Source of the DNA: Candidatus Hydrogenedentota bacterium
Lineage (GTDB): Bacteria > Hydrogenedentota > Hydrogenedentia > Hydrogenedentales > SLHB01
Reading direction: 5' to 3'
Assembly (NCBI GenBank): GCA_963674865.2
Contig: CAXXYE010000009.1
Location: 736,001 to 800,000, forward strand
DNA: 64,000 nucleotides
A program made the translations under genes and the position numbers. How positions within the stretch are numbered: position 1 is the stretch's first letter; every line of letters starts with the position of its first letter. This document shows positions 37,910 through 48,756 of this stretch, piece by piece. A model generated the notes under the pieces. That model had not been told where the DNA came from and made no database searches. It saw nothing but the letters and a program-made list of their open reading frames with translations.

Positions 37910-38778
37910 AAGCGATAGTGAGCGAAGACATTACAGTCGAAGGGCATCACAAAGTGAGGGACTTTGTCCGTTGTCTTGGGGCGAGTTGCAGTCACGCCCT
38001 GGTGCTCAGCCTTCGGCGGCGGCGCACCATTCTGGCCGCGGGCGTGGCGTTGACGCCCGCCCTCATACCGGTGCTCATGGCTTTCTGGTCGAGTGGGCCC
38101 TTTGCCCAGAACGGCTTCCGAGTCTTTGTGATACTTATGGAGATGGTTTATCTCCGCGCCATGGCCCCCCTCATGGCGTTGTTCTTCGCCTGTATGCTGA
38201 TCGGCGAAGAGGTGGAATCGCAGACTATCCACTATGTGCTCACGCGGCCTGTACCGCGCCTGGCGTGGGTTTCCGGCAAGTTCCTCGGCTATCTTGTGGC
38301 AGGGACGCTGGTTTTGTTGCCCTCGGCGGCCCTTACCTTCGCCGGTTGTCTTGCGCTCGGCTCGTTCCCGGTTTCCTGGGCGAGCATAATCCTTTGGCTC
38401 CACTACAGCGGCGTGCTGGTGATGGCGCTTCTCGGCTATGGGGCCTTTTGCATGTTCCTGGGGGCGGTGGTCCGCAAGCCCGTGGTGATTGGGATTGTGG
38501 TGTTTTTCGGGTGGCAGCGGGCCGCGATGCTTGCGCCGGGTGTCGTTGACTTTCTTACCATCGAGAAGTACCTCGCCGCCCTTCTGCCCAAGCTAGCGGC
38601 GGAGCGCCGTGATCCGGTGATAAGTGCCATACTCTCTACTCACCAGAAGCGGGAGATTCTCGTTGGCGCATTCAAGGCAGGTATGGCCTTGCTCATCATT
38701 GCGGCGGCTCTTGTCGCACTAACGGCGTTGGTGGTCCGCGTCCGGGAGTACCGCACCGAGCGCTCCGTCAAGGGTTGA
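37906..38778 (+). CDS. ABC-2 type transporter permease (second copy)
   Basis: EEVE.QTI.Y.LTRPV.R....GK motif; about 6 TM segments. Confidence 0.85.
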   Translation: MKAIVSEDITVEGHHKVRDFVRCLGASCSHALVLSLRRRRTILAAGVALTPALIPVLMAFWSSGPFAQNGFRVFVILMEMVYLRAMAPLMALFFACMLIGEEVESQTIHYVLTRPVPRLAWVSGKFLGYLVAGTLVLLPSAALTFAGCLALGSFPVSWASIILWLHYSGVLVMALLGYGAFCMFLGAVVRKPVVIGIVVFFGWQRAAMLAPGVVDFLTIEKYLAALLPKLAAERRDPVISAILSTHQKREILVGAFKAGMALLIIAAALVALTALVVRVREYRTERSVKG

Positions 38779-38799
38779 GCCACCGGGCCGGGCACTGCG

Positions 38800-38826
38800 T
38801 TAGCACTCGATTGACGAAGCGGCTAA
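38800..38826. promoter_or_regulatory. Degenerate CIRCE (HrcA operator)
   Basis: TTAGCACTC-N9-AGCGGCTAA: left arm perfect, right arm 5/9; upstream of groESL. Confidence 0.5.
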
Positions 38827-38986
38827 CATTGTGCCATTTTGGCACTGGAAATGCCCCTAATTGCCCAGTTTTCTGCAATCGTTCCTGCCAATTGGGCAAT
38901 TCCCCATCCTCGCCGAAATGCCTAGAACGAGCCCATGTATCTTCTAAATACTTGCATACCAGCAGTTAGGAAATATGTTGCTTGGC

Positions 38987-39002
38987 TGGCACGTCGGTTG
39001 CT
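38987..39002 (+). promoter_or_regulatory. sigma54 (-24/-12) promoter upstream of groES
   Basis: TGGCACG-TCGG-TTGCT, an exact match to TGGCACG-N4-TTGCW. Confidence 0.75.
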
Positions 39003-39146
39003 ATACTATGGGCGGCTGCGCCATGAGAGGAGTATGCTCTATCTTCCTCTTTGGGCGCGATAAGTGCCAAAATGGCTGACGTGGACGGTTTTTATTGTCA
39101 GCTTGCGCAATGGACACCATTAACGATGAACAAGGGAGGAAAAGTA

Positions 39147-39434
39147 ATGAAGGTACGGCCGCTTGCAGATCGTATTCTCGTAAAACGCGAGGAGGCCAGT
39201 GAGACAGTCCGGGGCGGCATTATCATCCCGGATACGGCCAAAGAGAAACCTCAAGAGGGCAAAGTGGTCGCGGTAGGCCCGGGCCGTTTGGACGACCAGG
39301 GGAAGCGCGTCGCCATGGAAGTGAAGAAGGGCGACCGCATTCTGATGGGCAAATACGCGGGCACGGAAGTGAAGATCGACAGCGAAGAGCACCTCATCCT
39401 TCGCGAAGACGACGTTCTGGCGATCATCGAGTAA
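39147..39434 (+). CDS. groES: Co-chaperonin GroES
   Basis: [51 protein letters not shown]. Confidence 0.98.
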   Translation: MKVRPLADRILVKREEASETVRGGIIIPDTAKEKPQEGKVVAVGPGRLDDQGKRVAMEVKKGDRILMGKYAGTEVKIDSEEHLILREDDVLAIIE

Positions 39435-39479
39435 TTCCTTCACGGCGTTTAGTTGAAGGTGATGATATCGAAGTCTTGA

Positions 39480-41138
<1,659 letters not shown>

Positions 41139-41174
41139 GGACTGGTTCGCGGCACGGCCGCGTCAGTTCAAATA

Positions 41175-41219
41175 AAAGCCGCCTGCGACGCTAAGTAGTT
41201 CGTCGCAGGCGGCTTTCTT
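41175..41219. terminator. Bidirectional rho-independent terminator
   Basis: Perfect 16-bp stem AAAGCCGCCTGCGACG / CGTCGCAGGCGGCTTT with 10-nt loop, A-tract before and T-rich tract after; between convergent genes. Confidence 0.9.
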
Positions 41220-41263
41220 GCTTGATGGAACGGACTGAAGTCCGGCTTGCCGCGGGGCGATGG

Positions 41264-41443
41264 TTAAGTGCGGCCCGCCACGGCCGCCTTGGCGTGCAGC
41301 ATGCGGATCTCATTGAAGGCTTTGTGGGCGCACTTCGGGCAGTATCCGTGGCTCACATCCTGGCCCGCATGGCTGTGGTCGTCCTTCTTGACCCAGCGCC
41401 CGTCGGCGCGCATGCGCCCGCATACACAACACTGAATGACCAT
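41264..41443 (-). CDS. 59-aa stand-alone Cys/His Zn-finger-like protein (absent from the ORF track)
   Basis: MVIQCCVCGRMRADGRWVKKDDHSHAGQDVSHGYCPKCAHKAFNEIRMLHAKAAVAGRT*; CxxC...W...SHGxCPxC pattern; promoter upstream and terminator downstream. Confidence 0.8.
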   Translation of the reverse strand: MVIQCCVCGRMRADGRWVKKDDHSHAGQDVSHGYCPKCAHKAFNEIRMLHAKAAVAGRT

Positions 41444-41488
41444 CCTCGCCTCGCTTTCTAGACGACTTTATCGACTTACCGCCAAACC

Positions 41489-41504
41489 GCATTTCGCGTG
41501 CCAA
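41489..41504 (-). promoter_or_regulatory. sigma54 (-24/-12) promoter for the 59-aa gene
   Basis: TTGGCACG-CGAA-ATGC on the minus strand; IHF-like CAA-N4-TTG at 41534-41543. Confidence 0.6.
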
Positions 41505-41545
41505 GCGGCCGCCGCGGTAGCGGGAAACTTGCTCAAGTCATTGGG

Positions 41546-41698
41546 AATAAATAAACTATCCGTAACCTGGGAGACATGGAAGACATACGACTGCGGCTCG
41601 CGGTCACCCCTTTTCGGCAGAAACTGCCGACTCTGGTGGGACGTTCCTACCAGAACAGCCGCCCGACGTGTCGTACACTCCGAACCCCAAGCTGTTGG
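41546..41698 (-). ncRNA. Candidate structured small RNA or leader RNA (family not recognised)
   Basis: Nested long-range pairing between 41693 and 41564 with several G-U pairs valid only on the minus strand; two internal hairpins; promoter directly upstream and U-rich tract downstream. Confidence 0.55.
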
Positions 41699-41704
41699 GT
41701 AGGG

Positions 41705-41733
41705 ACTCTACCGCAAGTTGCATATATTGTCAA
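41705..41733 (-). promoter_or_regulatory. Near-consensus sigma70 promoter pointing leftward
   Basis: TTGACA-17 nt-TAGAGT. Confidence 0.75.
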
Positions 41734-41938
41734 GCGTATGTAAGCTCGCACGTCTAGTTCTATGGCCGGCAAGGCGCTCATGGGACATCTGGCAGCCGCT
41801 CCGTCAATCCAGGTATGCTCAGACTGGCCATGTCATGCGCGTTGTGCGCAGTCTTAGTTTCGAGGACGTTCAAACGACGCTGCCGCGAGGAAATGTGGCT
41901 AATCATGCCGGCAAATGTCGGGCGTGGAGGATCGCTTC

Positions 41939-42877
41939 GTGATTGAAGTGCGAGGTCTCACCAAGGCCTACGGCCCGATCGTTGCCATTCGCGATGTCTC
42001 CTTCGAGGTCGAGGAGGGTGAGATCATCGGCTTTCTGGGGCCCAACGCCGCCGGGAAGACGACCACGATGCGTATACTTACGGGCTTCTCGCCTCCTTCG
42101 CGGGGCGTGGCGCGTATCGCCGGATTTGACGTCCGGCGCGATCCCATTGAGGTGAAGCGCCGCGTCGGCTACCTGCCCGAGAGCGTACCTCTCTACCCGG
42201 AAATGTTGGTGGCGAAGTTCCTGCACTATGTGGCGGCGGTTCGGGGCATTCCACGGCGCGAGCGTAGCCGGGAAGTCGACTGCGTCATCGAACGTTGCGG
42301 GCTCGAGTCTATGCGCCGCCGCGTCATCCGTAATCTTTCCAAAGGCTACCGGCAGCGCGTTGGATTGGCCCAGGCCCTTGTCGGGAACCCGCCTGTACTG
42401 ATTCTGGATGAGCCGACGGTGGGACTCGATCCGAAGCAGATCATCGAGATTCGCGACATGATCCGCAGTTTGGCTAAGGAACACACCGTTCTTCTAAGCA
42501 CGCACATTCTGCCCGAGGTGACGATGGTGTGCGAGCGGGTGATCATCATCCACCGGGGCCGGATTGTCGCCCAGGATAGCGTGAGTCGCCTTGCACAGGA
42601 GGCGGAGAACGAAGTGCAGATCGAGGTCCTGGCGGGCGGCACGCCCGACGAGGTGCTTCGTGTGCTGCGCGCGGTGCCGGATGTTGTTGGCGTGAGCGCG
42701 CAAGGTGCGGAGGCGTATATCGTCAAGGCGTCGGCCGGCCGGCCGGTGGCTGAGCGCGCGGCAAGCGCTCTCGTGGGGGCGGGACTGGCCGTTCGCGGAA
42801 TCCAGGAGAAGGCCCGCAGCCTCGAGGAGGTGTTCATGGAAGTAGTCACGTCCGATGACGAGCGAGGGCCGTCATGA
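41939..42877 (+). CDS. ABC transporter ATP-binding protein (GldA-like)
   Basis: GPNAAGKTT, LSKGYRQR, LILDEPTVGLDP.QI.EIR; GTG start with GGAGG RBS. Confidence 0.93.
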   Translation: MIEVRGLTKAYGPIVAIRDVSFEVEEGEIIGFLGPNAAGKTTTMRILTGFSPPSRGVARIAGFDVRRDPIEVKRRVGYLPESVPLYPEMLVAKFLHYVAAVRGIPRRERSREVDCVIERCGLESMRRRVIRNLSKGYRQRVGLAQALVGNPPVLILDEPTVGLDPKQIIEIRDMIRSLAKEHTVLLSTHILPEVTMVCERVIIIHRGRIVAQDSVSRLAQEAENEVQIEVLAGGTPDEVLRVLRAVPDVVGVSAQGAEAYIVKASAGRPVAERAASALVGAGLAVRGIQEKARSLEEVFMEVVTSDDERGPS

Positions 42878-43704
42878 GAAACACCTGGGCCATCTGCAAG
42901 CGCGAGTTCGCGGCGTTTTTCCTTACGCCGACGGGCTATGTTGTTGTGGGGACCTACGCCTTGATATCGGGCCTCGGATTTACGGCATCCTTTATCATGC
43001 ATTGTCGAAGGACGCAGGCGCCCGGACTTCACGGCTTCACGGGTGTGCCGGATTTTGAGGAGATGTTCCTCAGTCCCTACCTCGTGTTCTGCGGGCTTCT
43101 TGTGATGTTCATTGGACCTCTCGTGACCATGCGTCTCTTGGCGGGAGAACGGGAACGCGGCACGATGGAGCTCCTGCTGACGCACCCGGTTCGGGATCGG
43201 GAAATCGTGTTCGGCAAGTACGGGGCCGCGCTGGGCATGCTGCTGGTTCTGATGGGCGTCGTTGGGATTCACCTCCTCGTGGTCGCGCACTTCGTGGACG
43301 TTGAGCCCGCCGTGCTGGCTTTCGGCCTGCTCGCGGCGTTTCTCATGGGTGCGGCCTTCATGAGTATGGGTCTGTTCATCTCGGCCATGGCGCGGAGTCA
43401 GGCTACCGCGGGGACGCTGACGTTTGGGCTCTGGTTCGTCTTCTATATCCTGGGAACCTTCGCTGAGCGCATCCCCGGACAGATTTCGGTGCCGGAGCAG
43501 TGGCCGGCCATGGCCCGGGAGGCCGCGAGTCTCGTCTATGCCTTTCTGCACGGCCTCGTCGTGGAATTGCCCCTGGACGCCCACGCGCAGGACATGGCTC
43601 AAGGTATCGTTGAGCCCGCCGACATTGCCTATTACGTGCTGTTCTCGGGTGTGTTCGTCTTCTTGACTTTCCGGGCGCTCGAGAGCCGGAAGTGGAGGGC
43701 CTAG
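42874..43704 (+). CDS. ABC transporter permease (GldF-like)
   Basis: REF..FF.TP.GY, TMRLLA.ER..GT.ELLLT.P.....IV.GKY. Confidence 0.9.
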   Translation: MRNTWAICKREFAAFFLTPTGYVVVGTYALISGLGFTASFIMHCRRTQAPGLHGFTGVPDFEEMFLSPYLVFCGLLVMFIGPLVTMRLLAGERERGTMELLLTHPVRDREIVFGKYGAALGMLLVLMGVVGIHLLVVAHFVDVEPAVLAFGLLAAFLMGAAFMSMGLFISAMARSQATAGTLTFGLWFVFYILGTFAERIPGQISVPEQWPAMAREAASLVYAFLHGLVVELPLDAHAQDMAQGIVEPADIAYYVLFSGVFVFLTFRALESRKWRA

Positions 43705-43707
43705 AAG

Positions 43708-45384
43708 TTGAAGTCGCTCAGGCGCGCTAGCGGAATTCTGGCCGTTGTCCTTGTTGCCGCCGCCTTGAACGTGCTCGCACTGAAGGAAGATCCCTTCGCG
43801 CCGGCCGTCTTCTTGCCGCTTGCCGCGGGCCTCTTGGCGTGCCTAGCCTGGGTTGTCCTGACTCTTGTCGACCATCTGCGCGGGCTTGAGCACGACGTTG
43901 CTATAGTTCGTCTCAATGCGGTCGCAGCGTCCGTGCTCTTCTTTCTCATATGTGTCGTGGCCTATGCGCTTGTGAAGCGCTGGGATCGCTCATGGGACCT
44001 CACGCTCGAAGGGCGGCGGGAATTGGCCAAACAGACGGTGCAAGTGCTCGAGAGCCTCGATCAGGATGTTGACGTCATTGTGTTCTTTGTGGACACGGGT
44101 GACAGCCGGATTGATCTGGCCCGCGATAAGACGCGTCGGTTTCTTGAGCGGTGCCGGCAGCATACGAGCCATCTGCGCGTAGAGGAACTCGATCCTCAAT
44201 TCCATCCTGAACGCATCAAGGCCCTGGGGTTAACTCGGGTCGGCGTCGAGGGAACCGTCGTGGTCCAGTGCGGCGCGCGCCCGCCGAAGGTCCTACCCAT
44301 CTCCGACGTGACGGCCCGCCTCGAGGAGCGGGATTTCGTAAACGCTCTTATTAATGTGGTCCGCGACGCGAAGCCGACGATATGCTTTCTGACGGGCCAT
44401 GGGGAGCGCGACGTCCTGAACACGGACCAGAAGGATGGGGCATCCCTCTTCGCTGAGTATCTTGCCAAGGAGGGATATGAGACGACGCGCATCGCGATTC
44501 CTCTCTCCGATCCCAAGGTGCCTGAGGACTGCGACGTGCTCGTGATCTACGGCCCGCGTAGCGATTTCGATCCTGCCGAGATTCAGGCCATCGATGATTA
44601 CCTCGGCCAAGGAGGCCGGGTGTTGCTGATGCAGGATCCGTGGATCCTCACAGATCCCGCCCAAGAGGCCCGTCTCAATCTGCCCAATTGGCTCAAGAAA
44701 CGCTTTGGTATTGTGGTCGGCTACGATGCGGTCGTCTCAGAGGTCCGCCAGCAGGTGATTGCCGAATTGCTCCCCGACGTTGGATTGGCGGAGGAATACG
44801 GCGAGTACGCCGCGCCCGACGCGGATTTTCGCGGGTCGTACAACCAGTCCCACCCGATCACGCGAGGGTTTGATCAGCGCATGGTCCTCAAGGATGCGTG
44901 TACGGTGCGGCTGGCCAGTCCGCTCCCGGACGATGTCGTTGGGACGGAACTTCTCCATTCCCTTCCCGACACCTGGGCCGAGAAGGACCTCGTTCTCCTT
45001 AGCAAAGGACAGGCGCACTACGACGAGGGGGAGGCGCAAGGGCCGTTGAGCCTGGCCGTGGCGGCGGCCCTCGATACGGGTGTTCCCGTTGTCGAGGGTG
45101 GGCGTGCCCGCGAAGGGCGTATCGTGGTGGTGGGCGACACGGACCTCGCATCGAACGGGGTGATCGAGATCACGGGCCATCACAATTTCCTCATGAACGT
45201 CATCGCCTGGCTTTGCGAGTACGAGGAACTCATCGCTATCCGGCCGACGGGCACTACCGATCCGCCCATCGTATTGTCCAAGGGAGAGGAGCAGGCCGTC
45301 GCATGGATTGCGGCCCTCGGCGTGGTCCAAGTGGTCGTGGCCGCGGGCCTCATCGTCTATGCGCTGCGAGGGCGGCATCAATGA
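43708..45384 (+). CDS. GldG-like ABC transporter auxiliary component
   Basis: WDLT......L...T..VL..L, FLTGHGER, RIVVVGD.D...N, N...WL; TM segments at both ends. Confidence 0.88.
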   Translation: MKSLRRASGILAVVLVAAALNVLALKEDPFAPAVFLPLAAGLLACLAWVVLTLVDHLRGLEHDVAIVRLNAVAASVLFFLICVVAYALVKRWDRSWDLTLEGRRELAKQTVQVLESLDQDVDVIVFFVDTGDSRIDLARDKTRRFLERCRQHTSHLRVEELDPQFHPERIKALGLTRVGVEGTVVVQCGARPPKVLPISDVTARLEERDFVNALINVVRDAKPTICFLTGHGERDVLNTDQKDGASLFAEYLAKEGYETTRIAIPLSDPKVPEDCDVLVIYGPRSDFDPAEIQAIDDYLGQGGRVLLMQDPWILTDPAQEARLNLPNWLKKRFGIVVGYDAVVSEVRQQVIAELLPDVGLAEEYGEYAAPDADFRGSYNQSHPITRGFDQRMVLKDACTVRLASPLPDDVVGTELLHSLPDTWAEKDLVLLSKGQAHYDEGEAQGPLSLAVAAALDTGVPVVEGGRAREGRIVVVGDTDLASNGVIEITGHHNFLMNVIAWLCEYEELIAIRPTGTTDPPIVLSKGEEQAVAWIAALGVVQVVVAAGLIVYALRGRHQ

Positions 45385-47231
45385 GGCCAAGAGGTACGCT
45401 GACACTTCTGGCGATCCTGGCCCTTCTGTGCGGTGCCTATGCCTGGTTGTCTTCCTCGCAGAAGCGAACGGAGCAGGCCGAACAAGAGGCGAAGCGACTC
45501 TTTTCTTTCGACGCCGAGGACGTCAAACAGATCCGCATCCAACGCCGGGGTGAGCCCGCTATGGCCGCGGCGCGGCGTGAAGAGGGGGGATGGCGGATCA
45601 CGGATCCCGACGCGGCTATCCTGGCCAACAGTGTGGTTTGGGAACGGGCGGCGGGAGCTTTGGCGCACCTGTCGGCGGCGCGCAGCGTCGAGGTCGGGCC
45701 GGATGATTTGGCCAAGTATGGCCTTGAGTCTCCCATACTCACCGTTGAGGGCTTAACCGAGAAGGGGGAAGAGGTCCGCGTGATCTTCGGCGACATCGAG
45801 CCGACGCGGACTTACTGCTATGCTCGCGCAAGCGATAGCACCGTTTTCTTGGCGTCCTATGAGGACTTCTTTGAGCTTAACCGTTCCCCACTTGTATTGC
45901 GCGACCGCGGCTTGATCAATCTGGGAGAAGACGGCATTTCTCGCGTGGAGATTGCCTACTACTGGCAGTCTCGGGCAGAAGCGGATGACGCAGCGTCCGA
46001 CGGGCAATCACAGCCTGGCGTAGGCGAGGAGTCCATCCCCTTTGTGCTCGCGAAGGAGAGCGACGGCCGCTGGTACGTGGCAGAGCCGTTTCATGCTCTC
46101 GCGGTTCAGGAGAAGGCGGACGCGCTTGTCCGGAAACTTGAGTCGGCCCAGGGGCGAGGCTATATCGACGCCCCGCAATCTCTCGATGTGTATGGACTGG
46201 ATCCGCCGCGCGCGCGCGCTACGGTTACGGTGGCGGGCGGGGCCCCTCAGACGGTGTATCTGGGTATTCTCACGGATGAGGAGGAGAAGGATAGTGCGGT
46301 GTACATTCGCCGGGCCGACGCGCCCGCTGTGTTCCTGGTGGATAGCGGGCTTGTCGCGCTGTTTCCGAATGCTCCCGGCGATTTCCGTGAGAAGCGGCTT
46401 CTGACACACGGTTCAGAGGAAATAACCGGCATCCGCTATGTCGATGACGATCTGGATATTCGTATGGCGCGCGGCGAGGGCGGCACATGGCGGATAACCT
46501 ATCCCGTCGAAGTCGAGGCGGACGCATACGTCATCGAGGGGTACATCGACATCGTGAACTCACTTGCGGCAGAGGACTTCCTTGACGAGATCCGGCCGGA
46601 GTTCGGCTTCGACCACCCTCGCTTGAGCATCACATTCACGTTCGCCGACGAAGCAGAGTCCGCCACCATTCGTGTCGGCGCCCTCAATCTGGAGAAAGAG
46701 TCCTACTACGTTCAACAGGACACGGGTGTGCCGTGCCTCGTCTTCACGAGCAGGCTTGTGCCTCTGCAGCGCACCTTGTTCCAGTTCCGCTCCAAGGAGC
46801 GGCTCTCCTTCGTGATGTCTGAGGCCGTTCGCCTGGAGCTGCGGTTCGAGGGCACGGAATACGTTTTCGAGCAGGATGAAGGAGAATGGCGCGTTACGGC
46901 TCCGGCCGGTAAACGCCTCGAGACGCAGAGCGATGCTGCTGCTTTGGTGGGGGCCCTTGCTCACGTGAAGGCCGTAGCCGACGAGGGGGAAGCGTCCGAC
47001 CTGGCCGCGTATGGGCTTGACGATCCGTTGCTTCGTGTTACGGTAATGACGCGCCCTCGGGGTCGGGGCGCCGAGGAAGTAGAAGGGCCGCTTATTGTGG
47101 GCGCCCCTGCGCCGGATAAGTCGCGGCAGCGTTTCGCGATGATGCAGGGGGCGGGCGAGGTCTTCCGGGTCGATCAGGGCCTTATCGATCTGGCGCGTAG
47201 CACACTGCGCGGCGTGGTGGACGCTTCCTGA
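45381..47231 (+). CDS. DUF4340 domain protein (several repeats)
   Basis: N-terminal TM; repeated W.I..P...A.......L..L...YGLD.P; usual fourth gene of gldAFG-like operons. Confidence 0.8.
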   Translation: MRPRGTLTLLAILALLCGAYAWLSSSQKRTEQAEQEAKRLFSFDAEDVKQIRIQRRGEPAMAAARREEGGWRITDPDAAILANSVVWERAAGALAHLSAARSVEVGPDDLAKYGLESPILTVEGLTEKGEEVRVIFGDIEPTRTYCYARASDSTVFLASYEDFFELNRSPLVLRDRGLINLGEDGISRVEIAYYWQSRAEADDAASDGQSQPGVGEESIPFVLAKESDGRWYVAEPFHALAVQEKADALVRKLESAQGRGYIDAPQSLDVYGLDPPRARATVTVAGGAPQTVYLGILTDEEEKDSAVYIRRADAPAVFLVDSGLVALFPNAPGDFREKRLLTHGSEEITGIRYVDDDLDIRMARGEGGTWRITYPVEVEADAYVIEGYIDIVNSLAAEDFLDEIRPEFGFDHPRLSITFTFADEAESATIRVGALNLEKESYYVQQDTGVPCLVFTSRLVPLQRTLFQFRSKERLSFVMSEAVRLELRFEGTEYVFEQDEGEWRVTAPAGKRLETQSDAAALVGALAHVKAVADEGEASDLAAYGLDDPLLRVTVMTRPRGRGAEEVEGPLIVGAPAPDKSRQRFAMMQGAGEVFRVDQGLIDLARSTLRGVVDAS

Positions 47232-47245
47232 CGACGGCTGTGTCC

Positions 47246-48574
47246 TTACAATTTCACCGGCCCGAAGACAGGGGCCCCGAAAAGATCATCACGGAGGTCC
47301 GTCGCCGGGCTCAGGCCCTTGCCGTACCACAGCTTCGCGCCTTTGCGCGCCCCCGTTTCCAGTGTGAGTCTAACGGACTCTCCGTCGGCCCGGGACGATG
47401 TAATGGCGATGCGCCGGCCGTCGGGCTGCTCGACGAAGAATCCGCGCGCGCCTTGGGCAGGCCTCAGCCGGCCTCGCACGTTCTTGAACGTGACGCGTAC
47501 CACCGTCCGCTCTTTTCCCACGCACCGAACCGTGTCCGGGCACAGGGCCATGGGGGCCTTCTTGCCGTACGCCAGAACGAGCGCCAATTCGGCGAGCCGG
47601 GCGCCCATGCGTCGCTGCGATAACGCGTCCAGATGGATGATGTCGGATAAGCCGCAATCGATGGCGGCGGCCGTCGCGACGTTCTTTATCTCGGAGGCGA
47701 TCTCGAGTTGGCGTTGCTGCACGCCATTCCAATGGGCGATGGGGAACTGGGCGTCAGTCGAGAACACCCGGGAGAGCTGCACTTGAATAAAGGGCATTTC
47801 GGGCGAATCGAATTCCTTTCGGCAAGCCTGGATGAATCGCTTCAGTCGGCCCTTGAACTTGCCGGTTGCTTTGTTAAGCGCATCGGATTCGCCCTGGTAC
47901 CAGAGCATTCCCTTGACTCGGCCACCGCAAGCCTGTACGCGGCGCGCCATCGAGCCGAAGAGCGAGCGTCCGCTGAGCTTCTTCTTGGCCGGATCCCACT
48001 GCTCCATGCTCGTGCCGCCATGTGAACACATAATCAGGCCCACCGGCACACCGGTTGCCTTGAGGATCTCTTTCCCGAACCGTACGCCGAGGCCCGCGCC
48101 GTGTTCGCGGAAGCGGTGGTCTTCCTCGCGGGCTTCTTGGAGATCCTTCTCCTCGCACCGCCAGTGAACCGGGTCCATCGAGTCGACGAGTACGCATAGG
48201 GGGTCTTTGGCGATTCCCCACGTCTCATCGTAGTAGAAGCAATGGACCTTGCTCGAAGGGGGCTCGAGATCCACCAGCTTTCCGGAGCCATCCATGTTCG
48301 ACTGGCCCGCGAGTATCCACAGATCGCCCACCAGAAGGCCCTTTGCGGCCAGCCGTCGTCCGGCAGGCCCTTCAACTTCGAGCGTGTACGGGCCGCCCGT
48401 GGGGACATTCTCGATCGCGCCATCAGATTGGCGCCAGGGCTTGATCACCTTCGCTCCCTGCCGCACGCGCGCGCGCACAGGGGCCTGTGTCTGGAAAGTC
48501 AGTGTCGCACGGTTTCGTCCGTCGCGTTGATATACACGGTTGTCCTGCGGCAGATACACCTCGAAGTCACCCAT
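47246..48574 (-). CDS. Sialate O-acetylesterase family (SASA/SGNH) carbohydrate esterase
   Basis: VGDLWILAGQSNM, HGGTS, WYQGESD, D.IH; AGGAG RBS before ATG 48574. Confidence 0.88.
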   Translation of the reverse strand: MGDFEVYLPQDNRVYQRDGRNRATLTFQTQAPVRARVRQGAKVIKPWRQSDGAIENVPTGGPYTLEVEGPAGRRLAAKGLLVGDLWILAGQSNMDGSGKLVDLEPPSSKVHCFYYDETWGIAKDPLCVLVDSMDPVHWRCEEKDLQEAREEDHRFREHGAGLGVRFGKEILKATGVPVGLIMCSHGGTSMEQWDPAKKKLSGRSLFGSMARRVQACGGRVKGMLWYQGESDALNKATGKFKGRLKRFIQACRKEFDSPEMPFIQVQLSRVFSTDAQFPIAHWNGVQQRQLEIASEIKNVATAAAIDCGLSDIIHLDALSQRRMGARLAELALVLAYGKKAPMALCPDTVRCVGKERTVVRVTFKNVRGRLRPAQGARGFFVEQPDGRRIAITSSRADGESVRLTLETGARKGAKLWYGKGLSPATDLRDDLFGAPVFGPVKL

Positions 48575-48756
48575 GATCGCGCTCCTATTCTGCACGGCTT
48601 CGGCCATAGCGTAGCGGCCCTGTTCCAACGCCTGAGGCGGGGAGCATAACACAGCGTCGTCAGCTGCTGCACCGATGACGGGCCAGCTTGAACAGGGCCG
48701 ACGCTTGGCTTATCGTACGTCGGACCGCAGTCTTGGAAAACGCTTGGAGAGGTGTC

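Noticed and set aside
39044..39070. Second CIRCE (AAGTGCCAA resembles a right arm)
   Set aside because: No matching left arm at 9-nt spacing
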